A stretch of 64,000 nucleotides of DNA. It comes from Felis catus (taxonomy: Eukaryota). Shown piece after piece: positions 1-13,200 of the stretch. The notes below the pieces were generated by a model, which did not search any database, had not been told where the DNA came from, and saw nothing but the letters and a program-made list of their open reading frames with translations. Position numbers and translations under genes: made by a program. Each line of letters opens with the position of its first letter. The stretch's first letter is position 1. The stretch spans positions 132,992,001 through 133,056,000 of the forward strand of contig NC_058368.1 of the NCBI RefSeq assembly GCF_018350175.1. Reading direction: 5' to 3'.

Positions 1-1055
1 ATTTGGAGTTCATCAAAATAAAAAACTTATACTCTTTAAAAAACACTATTAAAAAATGGAAAGACAAGTTACAGATGAAAAAATATTTGCGAGTCCTATG
101 TCTGATAATAGATTTGCATCCAGAGTCGTAAAGAACTCCTTTAATTCTATGAAAAGAGACAGACAACTTCATTAGAAAATGACAAAAGAGGGGCGCCTGG
201 GTGGCTCAGTCAGTTAAGCATTTGACTCTTGATCCTGGCTCAGGTCATGATCTCATGGTTCAAGAGACTGAGTCCTGTGTTGGGCTCCACGCTGACAGCA
301 TGGGGCTTGCTTGAGAGTCTCTCTCTTCTCTCTCTCTCTCTCTCTGCCTCTCTCTCAAAATAAATAAATAACTGTAAAAAATGCCAAAAGATTTGAGTAT
401 TTAAATAGACGTGTCATCAGAGAAGATATATGAAAGGCTAATTAGCACATGGTAAGTTGTTCAACTTTATTAGTCATTAGAGCAGTCAAAATTAAAGCCA
501 TGAGGAGATACCAGTACATGCCAACTAGAAAGGCTGTAATCAAAAAGGATGACAATATTAAGTGTTGATAAAGACGGAGACCATCTGTAACTCTCACATA
601 TTGTTGATGGGAATGTAAAATGGTATATATAGCCCCTTTGGGAAAACAGTTTACCAGTTTCTTAAAAAGTCAAACAAACTTACCATATGACCCAGTGATT
701 CTACTCCTAGATATCTACCCAAAAGAAATTAGACCTGTATATGAATGTTCATAATAGCATTATTCATAATAGCCCTACCTGGAAACAACCCAAATGCCCA
801 TTAGCTGTTGAACAAATCAACAAAACTTTGAATATTCATACCACACTCTATCATTTGGCACTAAAAAGGAATGAAACTACTGATATAGGCATGCTTCTTC
901 TATATGCATGAACCCTGAAAACATTAGGCTTGATGGAAGTTAGACACTCAAGATTACGTATATATCACTACATTCATATACAATTTTCAAAAAGCCAAAT
1001 GCATCGAAACAGAAAGCAGATTAGTGATTGCCAAGAACTGGGGAATCACTGGAAT
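1..1055 (+). mobile_element. Old L1 (L1M-type) ORF2 end and 3' region, interrupted by a Can-SINE at ~190-375
   Basis: Degenerate L1 motifs: catcaaaataaaaaactt, gaagatatatg...ggctaattagcacatg, gggaatgtaaaatggt, ttaccatatgacccagtgattctactcctag. Confidence 0.8.
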
Positions 1056-3145
1056 TGATTTACCTTTTTGGCAACACACTTGAAATGATTTATGAATGTC
1101 TCCTGCTAATGTTTCCAGAACTCCCCTGATCAATTCCTTTCCTAAGATTTCTATGTGTAATTCTTTCCAAAATTCCATTAAGTATCTTAGTTGTCTTCTC
1201 ACACATTTTTGGATTCATTTAGGGTAGCCAACATCTGTTGTACTTATGTCCTAGTCATACTTCTAAAGATTTGGTTGTGCCATAATTTCTTGTGCTTTAT
1301 GAAGTAACCTTGCCATCATTCCTTTCTGGTTAAGCTATCTAGAGTAATTTCTTAGTAGTTAAAAAAAAAAGGTTATACCAAATGATATTTTTTCAAAATC
1401 AGTCCACTAGAGGCATGATGAACGAATCAAGAGTTCTGGATTCTGAAAGAAGAAGGTGATGTGGTTACACACAGGAAAGACTAAGAGTTTCTGCTATTAT
1501 TTCTGGAAGAGTCCTATTTCAAGACACACTACACACATGAACACATATGTGCACACACATAGTGCACTCATGCATGCAAAGCTCTCGCTCCGTTTCTGAG
1601 TCTTTCTAGTTATTAACCTTCCTCCCAGTGCTTTCTCACTGTGTTCAGTCTACAGTCAGCGCTCCTCCTTCAAAGACAGGGCTACTTCTAGACCTTTCTT
1701 TACTTGAAATTACCTCTAAATTATTCTCTGTCAAAGTTTCCTTTAAAATTCCATAGAGCAGATTCACTGAAGATCTCCTTTGTTCAAAAAGCCAAACAAG
1801 ACCAGAGGCAGCCCAGCCTCTTGTAAGTACGATCCACAGTCATCTCCATAGCTTCACAGATCCAACATTTTCTTCCACAGGCTGAACTTCCCAACCTATT
1901 CCTCCACAGACCAGCTCTGGGTTCTGAATCCAAGAAATACATATAACTTTAATGTCAATCTTCCTTTTTTTTGTTGTTCACTTATTTACTGGAGTTTATC
2001 TTTCTTATTTTTGGTTTCTGGTTTCGTCTTAGGGTCCTCGTCCTGATTGTGAGGAGACTTCTCTGCCCTGAAACTTCGTCACTGATTGTCTCACTGCTTT
2101 AGAATTTGTCGGGTCAGTAAGCAGATGAAACCAAGAGGCCTAAGTGATAAAGAAATATCTGCAAAAGGGGGCAACGAGAGTGGTTACAGAGGTTGGAGAC
2201 AGAGCATGGTATAAAGGTCGAATTTCTTTTTTTTTCCCCCCAAAGTTGATTTATTTACTTTGACAGAGAGAGAGAGAGCACACATGCACTTGAGTGAGTG
2301 TGTGCAGGAGAGAGGCAGAGAGAAAGGGAGAGAGAGAGAATCCCTAGCAGGCTCTGGGCTGCCAGTGAGGAGCTTGACATGGGGCTCGAACCTACAAACT
2401 GTGAGACCATGGCCTGTGCTGAAATCAAGAGTCAGACACTTAGCTGACTGAGCCATCCAGTCACCCCAAGGTTGGCTTTCTAAAATGCATGTAAAAATGC
2501 CCCCAGGGTGGAACAGTTTGTCATTGGCCGAAGTGACAGGGCCATGCCAGGCCCAGGGGTGGGAAGTTTTGCAGGAAGATTTACAGAGGAATCAAGGGAA
2601 GTGATGTCATGGCCTTTGCTTCTCTAAACTGGTTCCTATAGCTTTAGTCTCAATAGTCACGTTATATTTACCAATGGGCAGATTTTATCCCTGATTTTGT
2701 CGTCTTACAGAATTTGATACTTTTCGTCATTCTTTCCTCACTCTTCACTTTTTCCTTATTAGAATTTTTTCCTCCCTTAACTTTTATGACTGTCCTCCCT
2801 CCTGGTTTTCCTCCTAGCTTTTGTTTGTTTTTGGCTAGTGTTTTAATCCCTTTAACGTTGCCCACTGCACTTCTGCTACACATGTGCTTCTACTTTCAAG
2901 CTTAAATCACATACTGTATCTTAGTTCTAGATATTTTCTCTAAATTTCATTTCAGAAGCTTGTCCATAATGGATCTCAATATTCTTTGCTCCTTCCTATC
3001 GCAGTTGCCCTTCCTTCCTATTTTTGGTCCTAAATTATGGCACTTGTACACAATCCCCCAGGCCAGGAACAAATTCCTCCCTTTGCTTTACCATCAACAG
3101 TAGATAGTAAATGTACTAAGTATTGCTTTTAAGACCTTCTAAATC

Positions 3146-3320
3146 AGGGGCTCTCAAAGTGGGGTTCTCAGATCACCACCAGTGGCAGCAGCACTTGGGA
3201 ACTTGTCAGAAATTAAAATTTTCAGGCCCCACTCTGGTCGTACTCAGGATGAAGGCAGAGGTCTGTTTTAACATGCCCTCTGAGTGACTTTGATGTACAC
3301 TGAAGTCTGAGGACTGCTTT
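3146..3320. mobile_element. MER5A-like hAT DNA transposon
   Basis: caggggctctcaaagtgggg...gggaacttgtcagaaat...tgttttaacatgccctctgagtgactttgatgtacactgaagtctgaggactg. Confidence 0.7.
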
Positions 3321-4172
3321 TCTAACCTTGGAATTGTTAATCCTAGGGATCCATGTTGGGCTTCAGGAGGACCAAAAAACATCTGTAATTGTACCTAAAA
3401 CTGAGTGTATTTCCATATATATATATTTCCAAGTGGATGATTTTTATTCCTTTTACTTTTTTTTTTTTTTAATGTTTATTTTTGAGAGACAGAGACAGAG
3501 CGTGAGCAGCAGAGGGGCAGAGAGAGAAGGAGACACAGAATCCTAAGCAGGCTCCAGATTCCCCATCTGTCAGCAGAGAGGGTTCGAACTCATGGGGACC
3601 GGACTGCAAGATCATGACCTGAGCCAAAATTAGACACTTAACCAACAGAGTCACCCAGGTACCCCACTTCCTTTTACTTTTAAATGGGTTCAATGCTTCC
3701 CAAATTTGGGACTGTTCTTTGCTTTCCCTTAATACTTGATCTAGTTCTTTCCCCTTTAGTCTCCACCCTTTTCAATGGATCTTCACGTTGCAGTGACAAT
3801 GATCATTCTAAAACCTGAACCTGAACCTGCTCAAAGGTCTTCAACGACTCTCAATAGCATATAAAGTGTATAATAAAATAACCTCTTAGCATGACAAATA
3901 GCACCTTTCATCAAAGCTTATTCTTTTCCATGCATCTGAATATTCTGGACCTTACTTGGGCCCTCATACCTCCCTGCATTTGTACATTCTGCATACTCAG
4001 TCTATAGACTTCCCTTCAATGCCCCACCCCTCCCCCACCCCCTCCCTTAGCCTACCTACTTCCTGTTTAAGATTCAGAACAAGGAATCTCTTTTCTGGGA
4101 AGTCTTCCTTTAGGACTAAGTTTAAGTGGCCCTCCTACATGCTCCCAATTTTTGTCTGAGCTTATCCCTCTG

Positions 4173-5804
4173 GTAGTAGGTCTCAAACATTCATTTAAGA
4201 CCCCTATACACTCTCAGAAATTATTGAGGAATTTACCACTTTAGAAATTAAATCTGAGAAACTTATTTTAAAACATTTAAAAACACTCATAAACTGTATG
4301 TTATTTTTTAAAAATATTTTAAACATTTATTTAGAGAGATAGAGCACAAGTGAGCAAGGGGCACAGAGAGAGGGAGACACAGGATTTGAAGCAGGCTCCA
4401 GGCTCTGAGCTGTCAGCACAGAGCCAGACATGGGGCTTGAACCCACAAACTGTGAGATCATGGCCTGAGCCAAAGTCGGATGCCCAACTGACTGAGCCAC
4501 CCAGGCACCCCAAACCGATTGTATGTTAATGTAAATGATACATTTTTATGATAAAATGATACTTTGCAAAAAAGAATTTGAGAAAAGTGGCATTGTTTTA
4601 CATTTTTCAAACCTCTTTAATGTTTGGCTTAATAGAAGACAGCTGGATTCTCCTATTCATGCATTCAATCTGTTGTGATATATTTTGGTTGAAACATATG
4701 AAGAAAATCTGGTCTCACTCAGATAAGGAGTTGGAAAAGGGAAAACTATTTTCATAGCCTTTCTAGATAATTCTAGATATTCTTCTTTGATATCACACCA
4801 AAGTTGACATATGGCAGTTTCTTAAGAGTGCAGTTGCAATGTGGACTGAGTCTGAAACTGTATCAGTTAACTTTGTATTCTGCTACATTAAAATGCATAG
4901 ATCTATTTTCGACTTTGATGACTCATTTTGATTTTGTAATAGCATGCACTGGTTATTCTGAAAATAGTTGTTCATTGAGTTGTAGAGATCTTCCAAATGT
5001 TCACATATTTCATTATATAATGTCGAAAATTACATGTGTTAATATCACTAGTATTTTTTAACAGAAAAGACTTTACTGTAAAGTGGTAACTTAAGGGGGT
5101 GTATACAGGATGTATACAGGTTTTACACAATTTGTATTTCTGTGTGATTACTCAATCACACAAGTGCTTTTTTTGGAGACAACTCTTACTTGGGCATGCA
5201 GTGTTAAATACTTACCATTTCTTCACATATATTAGAAAGACGCGTATGCTAGGGTGAAGATTTAATGAAATTAATAATTTTTACTCCTTTGTCAAGGATA
5301 CTCAGTTTATTTAAACAATCTTTTTTTTTTTAATGTTTATTTTTGAGAGACAGAGAGAGAGAGAGAGAGTCAGTCAAGAGCTCAAGCCCCGGGGCAGGGC
5401 TGAGAGAGAAGCAGACACAGAATCTGAGGCAGGTTCCAGGCTCTGAGCTGCCAGCTCACACACCACAAGATCATGACCTGAGCAAAAGTCAGGGGCTCAG
5501 CCGACTGAGCCATCCAGGTGCCCCCACTTAAAGATTCTTAAATTTTGTATGCTACCATTGCAAGGAGGTGAAACATACAAAATATACTACTCTTGGTGCA
5601 TTTTGGCGCCGCTGCCTCGATTCCTGCTAAGTTGCCAGCAGTTTAACCTTGTGTTGCTTTTACATCCTCAGTGCAAGTGTCAACGAAGTGAAAAAGGTCA
5701 ACAAAGTCTTAGCATTATATTGTAAACTGTTTTGACCTTGCGGACCCACGGAAAGGGCCTTGAGTACCCTCAGGGTTCTAGGGATGGCATTTTGGGAGCA
5801 GCTG
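4173..5804. mobile_element. Charlie1-like hAT DNA transposon remnant with two Can-SINEs inserted (~4305-4511, ~5320-5525)
   Basis: Termini gtaggtctcaaac...gacccctatacactctcagaaattattgagga and ttttgaccttgcggaccc...attttgggagcagctg resemble Charlie1 ends. Confidence 0.6.
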
Positions 5805-6079
5805 CCTTCGTTTCACATACTTGGTTGTCCCTCATTAGGTTGCAAGTTCCATGTGGACTGTCCGTAACTGTCTTTTACGTGCCCTTGTCTAAAAGTGCCT
5901 GGTATGTAATGCTCAATAAATATTAATATTTATATAAATATTGTAAATAAATATCTGCGAAATGAGCGAATAAATGGCAAGTTATAACAACCACTGCAGA
6001 GCCTTCATCTTACTGCCTCCTTTCTTAATTCAATCGGAACTTAAAGGTTGTGTAAATTTTTCCAAGTTGTTTTTAATTA

Positions 6080-7260
6080 GGACGCGGCCAATGTTTTCAA
6101 CAGTTGGGCGGTTTCAATAGTTGGGGCGGGGAAGCCGCCTGTACGTGATCGTGACCGGCGATAGTTTAGCCAAGCATTAATCTGTGATGCCCGAGAGGCA
6201 TTCCTCCTTCACCGCCCCAGACCGGCAGGCCAGGCCTCTTGGTTCCCCAGTTCTACCTAGGGTAAAGACGGGAAAGACCTGGGTCTCCCCAATTACGCGA
6301 GCACAGAAATGTATTCAGTTGAAGCGAGGGGGGGGGGATGGGGAACCCGTAATAATTCCGACGAAGACAAGACTAACAGGAGCTACGGCCTCGGGCACCC
6401 GGGAGCCCCAGGCTACAGCCTCCGCCGACCCGCCGGGTTGCCGGGGCGACGCTTCCGGCAGGCGCGCGCAGCCCTGGGAGCAGAGGAGTTGCGGAATGGG
6501 TGGCTAGACCTGCCCGCCTCCGTGAATTCGCCAGCGGGAGCGCGCTCGCGGCCGCGCGTACTTCGCTTTCCCGGCTCCGTCGCTGACGCGTCGTAGACGT
6601 TGGGGAGCGGGAGACAGCAGCAAGCGGGTCGGGATGAACCCCGGCGGCGGCTTCGGGTTGGCTTTAGGCTTCGGCCTCACCCCTACGGCGGTGATTCAGG
6701 TGACCAATCTGTCGTCGGCGGTGACCAGCGAGCAGATGCGTACGCTTTTTTCCTTCGTAGGAGAAATAGAGGAGCTGCGGCTCTACCCCCCGGAGTAAGT
6801 GCTCGAGCTTGGCTGGGGGAGGGGCGCGGGCGCCATAGAGACCTCGGGCACCGAGGCGTGGGGGAGAGCGCGGACGGGGGCGCGCCGTGCCCGTCACGTG
6901 ATCTCCCGGGCTTACCTTGGTGCCCATGTTTGATTAGGGCACCCCGGCGCTGGGGCCCTGCGGTTCTGCTCTCCTTGTTAGTCTGACTTTGGGGGTAACC
7001 TCTGCACCGAACCGTTACAGAGAATGTAGAGAAGTTGTTTATTTTCGTGCCTCCCCGATTTGTGGTCTCCACTGGGTCCTCGTGTTCAGTGTCTCTCCTT
7101 TTTCCTTTTTCTTCCCGAACTTAAGATGGCCGCAGGTGGGCCCGGAATAGTCCTCATGGCAAACGCCTGTTAGCGTTCTTGTAATGTAAAAATCGCGGAG
7201 ACCGCGCCGGACGAACTGTCCCACTTGTTAGGGCTTTAGTGTCAGGCCGTTGTGCTGATT
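6080..7260. promoter_or_regulatory. CpG island / SREK1 promoter
   Basis: Dense CpG and high GC against an AT-rich background; CCAAT 6088-6092, GC box GGGGCGGGG 6123-6131, E-box GTCACGTGAT 6893-6902, YY1-like AAGATGGCCG 7123-7132; no TATA box near exon 1. Confidence 0.9.
6634..6794 (+). CDS. SREK1: SREK1 coding exon 1 (start, RRM1 N-half)
   Basis: gggATGAACCCC... reads [53 protein letters not shown](D); donor GA|gtaagt; lies in CpG island. Confidence 0.96.
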
Positions 7261-10200
7261 AGAAAGCCTGCGGCTGATGACAACTTGGAATTAGGGCTGC
7301 CATTTGTTCTCTAGGGTGGTGTTCACAAATTCAGCATCTTCTTGTCTAATCTGACCGAGCCCATCCATGTTGTTAAAGATCGTGTCTTTTCGCCCTTTTG
7401 GCAGCGGATTAAAATTTCCGCTTTGAAGGTCACACTGTCCTAAGCCTTTCAGAGAAAGTATTAGTCGGTGAAGGATTATCCTTGGTGTATGCTCTAAAAG
7501 TCTAGATCTTTATTGGCATTTAGAGCTTGCGGCCAATTCCCAAGTATGTATTTTGAAGTAAGATTTCCCTTGTATAGTACTGTGTACTCACAAAATTTGT
7601 AAGGGTTTACGGGTTCACATTCTTACACGCATAAACTTTTTTTTTTTTTTAATGGTAGAGCTTAGAATTTTAAAATAGTATTTTGTTCATTGTTTCAAAA
7701 TCCTTTGAAGGAAGGGCTAGTAGTTGCCCAGGATTTCTTTCTTTCAAAAAAATTGTCTTTGACTTTTTGGTTCATTTCATAATGATGCACGTAGACCTAT
7801 TTTTCTTTCGGTTTCTATGTGTAAGTATATCGCATGGCTACGGTATAAGATATTGGTAAAAGTTGGTATTTGGGTTTAAATTTAAATTTTACTTTCTAAA
7901 GTTACTCTCTTTTTGTTTTGAAATATTTAATGCAAACTAAAAAGTTGAACGAATAACACCCACGTTTCCTTTACCTGTATTCTTTCTTTACCAGTTGATT
8001 TTTTCTCTGTCTCCCCCTCTAGCTATCTGCACCCTCTACACTTCCTCTTTCTTCCCATCTTTTTCAAAGTAGTTGCAGACCGCATGATTATTTTTTTCTC
8101 AACACTTAAGTCTCTCTCTTCAGAACAGGTACATTCTCCTACATTACCACAATACTATTAACGTGTCTAAGAAATTTAACATTGGTATATATAACAAGTA
8201 GTTCATATTTAAATTTAACCAGTTATTATAATCATTTTTTTTCTTTTTCTTTTTTTGGTCTAGAATATAATCGGAAACCACCACTGCATTTAGATGCTAC
8301 CTCCTTTAATCTAGAACAGTCCCCTGTTGCTTTTAAAAAAATATTCCATAACAGTGATATTTTGTTTTGTAGTTTGTTTTGTAGAATGATGCATAATCTG
8401 GGTTTATATAGATTGTTTCAGATTAGATTGTTTATATTGATTAGATTCAGATAATACATTTTTTGTTCAAGAATACTTCATCATAAGTACATGCACATAC
8501 ATATTTATTGACTAGCTGTGGCATATATGGCTTGAATATCTTATTTAACTTTTGAAAATGATTTCTGCTATCTCTTCATTTAAGCATTCAGAACATTTCT
8601 TAATAACTGAGAAGTACTTGGAGGAGTGCTGTAGCCTTAGGAGTTGGATTCGAGCACTAAAATTTTGTACATGAACCCTTGTAAACTAACCTTGCTTTCA
8701 AGGTTGTGGTAATAAGTTGTCTCATAGGTAGAAGAAATAGTTCACAATGCCAACATAATATCACTTTCATTGTTAAAACCAGGGTTAGGGTGGCAATATG
8801 CTGCCAGTTATAATGTGACCTTAGTAATGGGCTGTTTATTGAAATTAGATTTTCATTACTTGGAGTTTAAAAGTCAAAAAGAATAAAAAGCTTTTAAACA
8901 TAGTGGAGTTAGTGTGTCACAAACTGTGATACATTTTGCAAAATTGTAACCTAAATATGACACATATGGGCCAGGAAAAATTCTTCAGTTTTTCCTCAAG
9001 TGCAGTCCCTTCCTGCTTTTCAAAAATATTGCCATGATTTAACAGTGTGTTTTCTGCTCTATAATGAAGTTGTCATAACCTAGTCTTTATATTAAAGATA
9101 CATTTGTAGATTTGAGCTGAAATGGATAACATTGCAATAGTAGTAGTAGTGAAGACAGATATGATTGTTTTGCAGTCTCTTGGAAACTGTATTTTATGAT
9201 TAATGTTTGGAAGCGGAGTTAGTATTTCATTTGTTTTAAATTTGGAAATATATTTCTTTAATAGAATGGGAAAATCATTTCTCATTAACATTTTAAGAAT
9301 TAAGTTGCTAATAAGACAATTCAGATTTTAAATCTGACTTTTTTGGAATGAGGCAGTGATTCACTTTTTAATTTTTAAACATTGAGAATTAGTGTAAATA
9401 TTCATTGTACATGTTTAAAATTCTCAATTGTGATCCTTTTTTGTGCAGCCGGCTGATAAATATCCAGAATTTTTTTTTTAGCTTGTTGCACAACAAATGA
9501 ATATCATGTCATGAACACCTTTTTATGGCAGTAAAAAAATTTTCTGTAGTTTTTTTCAGTAACCTTTTTTTATTAGGTATAATGTACATACAGAAAAGTG
9601 AATGGATAAACATGCAGCTTGATGAATTTTCACAAAGCGAACATACCTGTGTAATCAGCATCCACATCAGGCTTATCTGCACCCTAGAAGTTTCCCATTG
9701 TCCCCTCCAAGTGACTAACCCCCAAAGGGTAATCCTATCCTGATTTTCAACACCATTTCTGACTACATCAACACCTATGTTGATTTTTTTGCTTACTGGT
9801 TTTCTTCACTTCTGTAGTCTTCAAAAATAGTAACAAGCAAGGGAAAATGTGTTAACTACTTATTTAGTTAAAAAAAATAGAATCAGTATAGTCATTTTAT
9901 GAGACATAGAGAAAAAGAAACACCACTTAAGATCTTACCATCCTGTCAAAACCTCTCTTCATTTCCATGTATTTGCCTGCAATCCTTTTTATATGTGCTT
10001 ATTTTAATGTAGTGTAATAGAATGATTTATACACTGATAGTAAACTTTTTCATTCAATGTGTAATAAGCGTTTTTTCATATTACTCTGTCTTATTTATAG
10101 TAATAACATTTTAAAGTCTGTAATTATGTCTTGTGTGTTTTTGAAATTCTATCTAATCTATATTGGTCACTTTTTTGGTGTTTTGAGTTTGTGGATTTTA

Positions 10201-13200
10201 GCTAGAAATGTGTATTTTTGATTGTCAACAGTGATTGGAGTGCCTTCTGGCATTTGATGGGCAAGTGTCAGTAATTCATAAGAAAATCTTAAATAAGGAA
10301 AAATTGTGCCATCCAAAGTACCGCTGTAGTCCTACTGGGAAATCATGTTATAAATTATGTGTCAGTTAATATTTTTATATATAAGTCCGTGTACTTTGTC
10401 CATGCTTTGGATTATATCCTTTTTGATCTAACAATACTGGGTATATTATACCACATTGACTTTTAAAAAATTGTAGAGTGCCATTACCTGTTTAATGAAA
10501 AATAAAATAACCAGTTAGGGCCCACAAAATTTGATGCTCAAAAAAGTTGGTTCTGTAATTTCTGCATTAAACTCCTAGTCAGAAATTTCTGATTTTTTGG
10601 AAAAATGATTGTAGAAAGTTTTGCATTTGAAAAAAGAAACAAAATTGGATTCAGCAAATGAGGTTTAAGTAAAATCTGCTATACTTGGATACTGGTACTT
10701 TGTTCAGAAGCATACACTTAGAACAAATGGAATATGTAACATCCTTTTAAACATTAAAAATTAATTAAAATTAAAGCTTGGGTGACTTGGATGAGTGTCC
10801 GACTCTTGTTTTCAGCTCAGGTCATGATCCTAGGTTCGTGGGACCGAACCCTCAGAGGCTTTATTGTCCCCAGTTCTCTCTCTCTCCCTCAAAAAAAAAT
10901 TTTTTTTTAATTAAATAAAATTAAAATTCTAGGTCCAAATTACATTTATCTATTTTTTTTGTAAAGTTTATTTATTTTTGAGAGAGAAAGAGAGCACGTG
11001 CAAGCAAGTGGGGTAAGGGCAGAGAGAGAGGGAGACCGGAGACAGAGAATCCCAAGCAAGTTCTGTGCTGTCAGCACAGTCCAATGCTGGGCTCTGAACT
11101 CATGAACTGTGAGATCATGACCTGAGCCAAAATGAGGAGTTGGATGTTTAGCCAACTGAGTCACTCTGGAGCCTCCAAAATTACGTTTAAAAATAATAAT
11201 TCTATTTAATTAAAAACTAAGTCTATTTAAAAGTTTACACTTATTAGAATGAAAGATATAAGTATAAAAATTGGAAACAATGACTTATAAATACACATTT
11301 GTTGAGAAATTCATCATGTGTATTTAGACTTGCCACTGTATTGTATTTTAGATTATAATGTTCAAAATTAAAGTGTTAACTGTAAGCTGAACTTTATTTT
11401 GTATTTTTAGAAAGGTAATTGGAGATGAAGATAAAGAGAGAATTTCTTAGAGCACTGTGTAAACCATACCTAGGTATCCACATTCCTATGATAATATTGG
11501 GTCAGAACAGATCAACCTTTTCAACCCACTTCCTGGGCTTCTCAAATCTTGGTAATGGTAGCCTATCCTAACGTGTAGTTGCTTTACTAACCAGTGTCCT
11601 ATTTCCTACTTACTCCTCTGGATGTTTTAAATTTGAAGCGATGTGGTTTTAAGTAGGAGTATTGGAAAGTGCATTTTTAGTTTTCAACAGTGACGATTTA
11701 GGTTTCCATTCTCTCATAAAAGGACCTGTCAGTTTAGGCATGTCATCTCACTGGCAGTTTGTTAGGCTTTTGCAGATTTCAGTGCTAAAAGAGAGTGTGC
11801 TTGTAATTGCTAGGGCTTTAGTAGTACATTGTAATTATATGGTTTTTTTTGGGGGGGGGGTGGTTTGCAAAAGACAGAAACACTGCTACCCAGTCTGGCT
11901 CAAGAAGAGGTAAAATTATTAAAAAGATGGATATATCTCTAAGTTAAGTAGGCCTCATGGGAACTGGGACTGGGAACCAGAAAGATACCAGCATCCAAGG
12001 TGATTATCTGCCTCTTCTCACAGGCTTTATTGTCCGCTCAGTTTGTTTCTGTGTATCTGCTCTATTTTCTTTGTGGACTTATTTTGTACTTGGTCATTTG
12101 GCATCTGGCCCAAGCCCAGACTCTAAGTGACTTTTCAGCCCAAGAGAGAGAATCTGATTGTTGCAAGTTCATTTGATCAAGCCATCCAAATGATAAGCTA
12201 TTGGTTAGCCAGTGAAATGGGCCTTTGTGTCATGTGACTAATCAACTGTGACTAGAGGCCTCCCAAAATCTGATGAGGGTTTCATCTAAGGAAACTGCTA
12301 AGGCCTGGGCTGAAAGTGTATAGAATGTGGGGTGTACCTACCTAGTCACTTTGTTATCTTAAAATGGCTTTCCAGAAGATTTGTAAACTTGAGCCTTGAA
12401 TAAAAGTGGAATTACCATTCAAAAAGGAGAGGTAGGGGGCGCCTGGGTGGCGCAGTCGGTTAAGCGTCCGACTTCAGCCAGGTCACGATCTCGTGGTCCG
12501 TGAGTTCGAGTCCCGCGTCGGGCTCTGGGCTGATGGCTCGGAGCCTGGAGCCTGTTTCCGATTCTGTGTCTCCCTCTCTCTCTGCCCCTCCCCCGTTCAT
12601 ACTCTGTCTCTCTCTGTCCCAAAAATAAATAAACGTTGAAAAAAAAATTTAAATTTAAAAAGGAGAGGTAGGATATCATAGGCAAATGGAACAACATGTG
12701 CAAAGCTGACCCAGATACTCAGAATGTGTTCTGTAAACCACAAATATTTCTAATGCCTGGATTTTGGGGTGAATTTATATGATAAAGCAATAACAGAAGC
12801 ATGTCTTTGAGGAAATTTAAGCAGTGTGGAATGACATGACAAAATTTAGGGGTTAGAAAGATCACTCTGGCAGCTTTTGTGAAGACCATTATTAAGTAGT
12901 TCAGATTGGAGTCATTGTGATTTTTTTAGGAGCCATTGTAAATAATCTGGGTGAGAAATGATGAGGGCCTGAATTAAGGCCTCGATAATGACAGTGATAA
13001 AGGGATTAATGTGTACAAATATTTGGGATGCAGTCTTCACAGGACTTTATGAAGAAGATGAAGAAGAGTGAGGGTCAAATATGGAAACAACCCCCAAATC
13101 TCAGTAGTTTTGTAAAAACAGCTTATTTTTAATGCTAAGCTTGCAGAGTAGGGAACTCTACTCATTGTGGTTGCTCACTCTGAGATGAAGCTGATGTAGC

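Noticed and set aside
6184..7224. Several overlapping 60-130 aa ORFs on both strands
   Set aside because: Expected stop-codon scarcity in a GC-rich CpG island; no recognisable domain; the real frame starts at 6634
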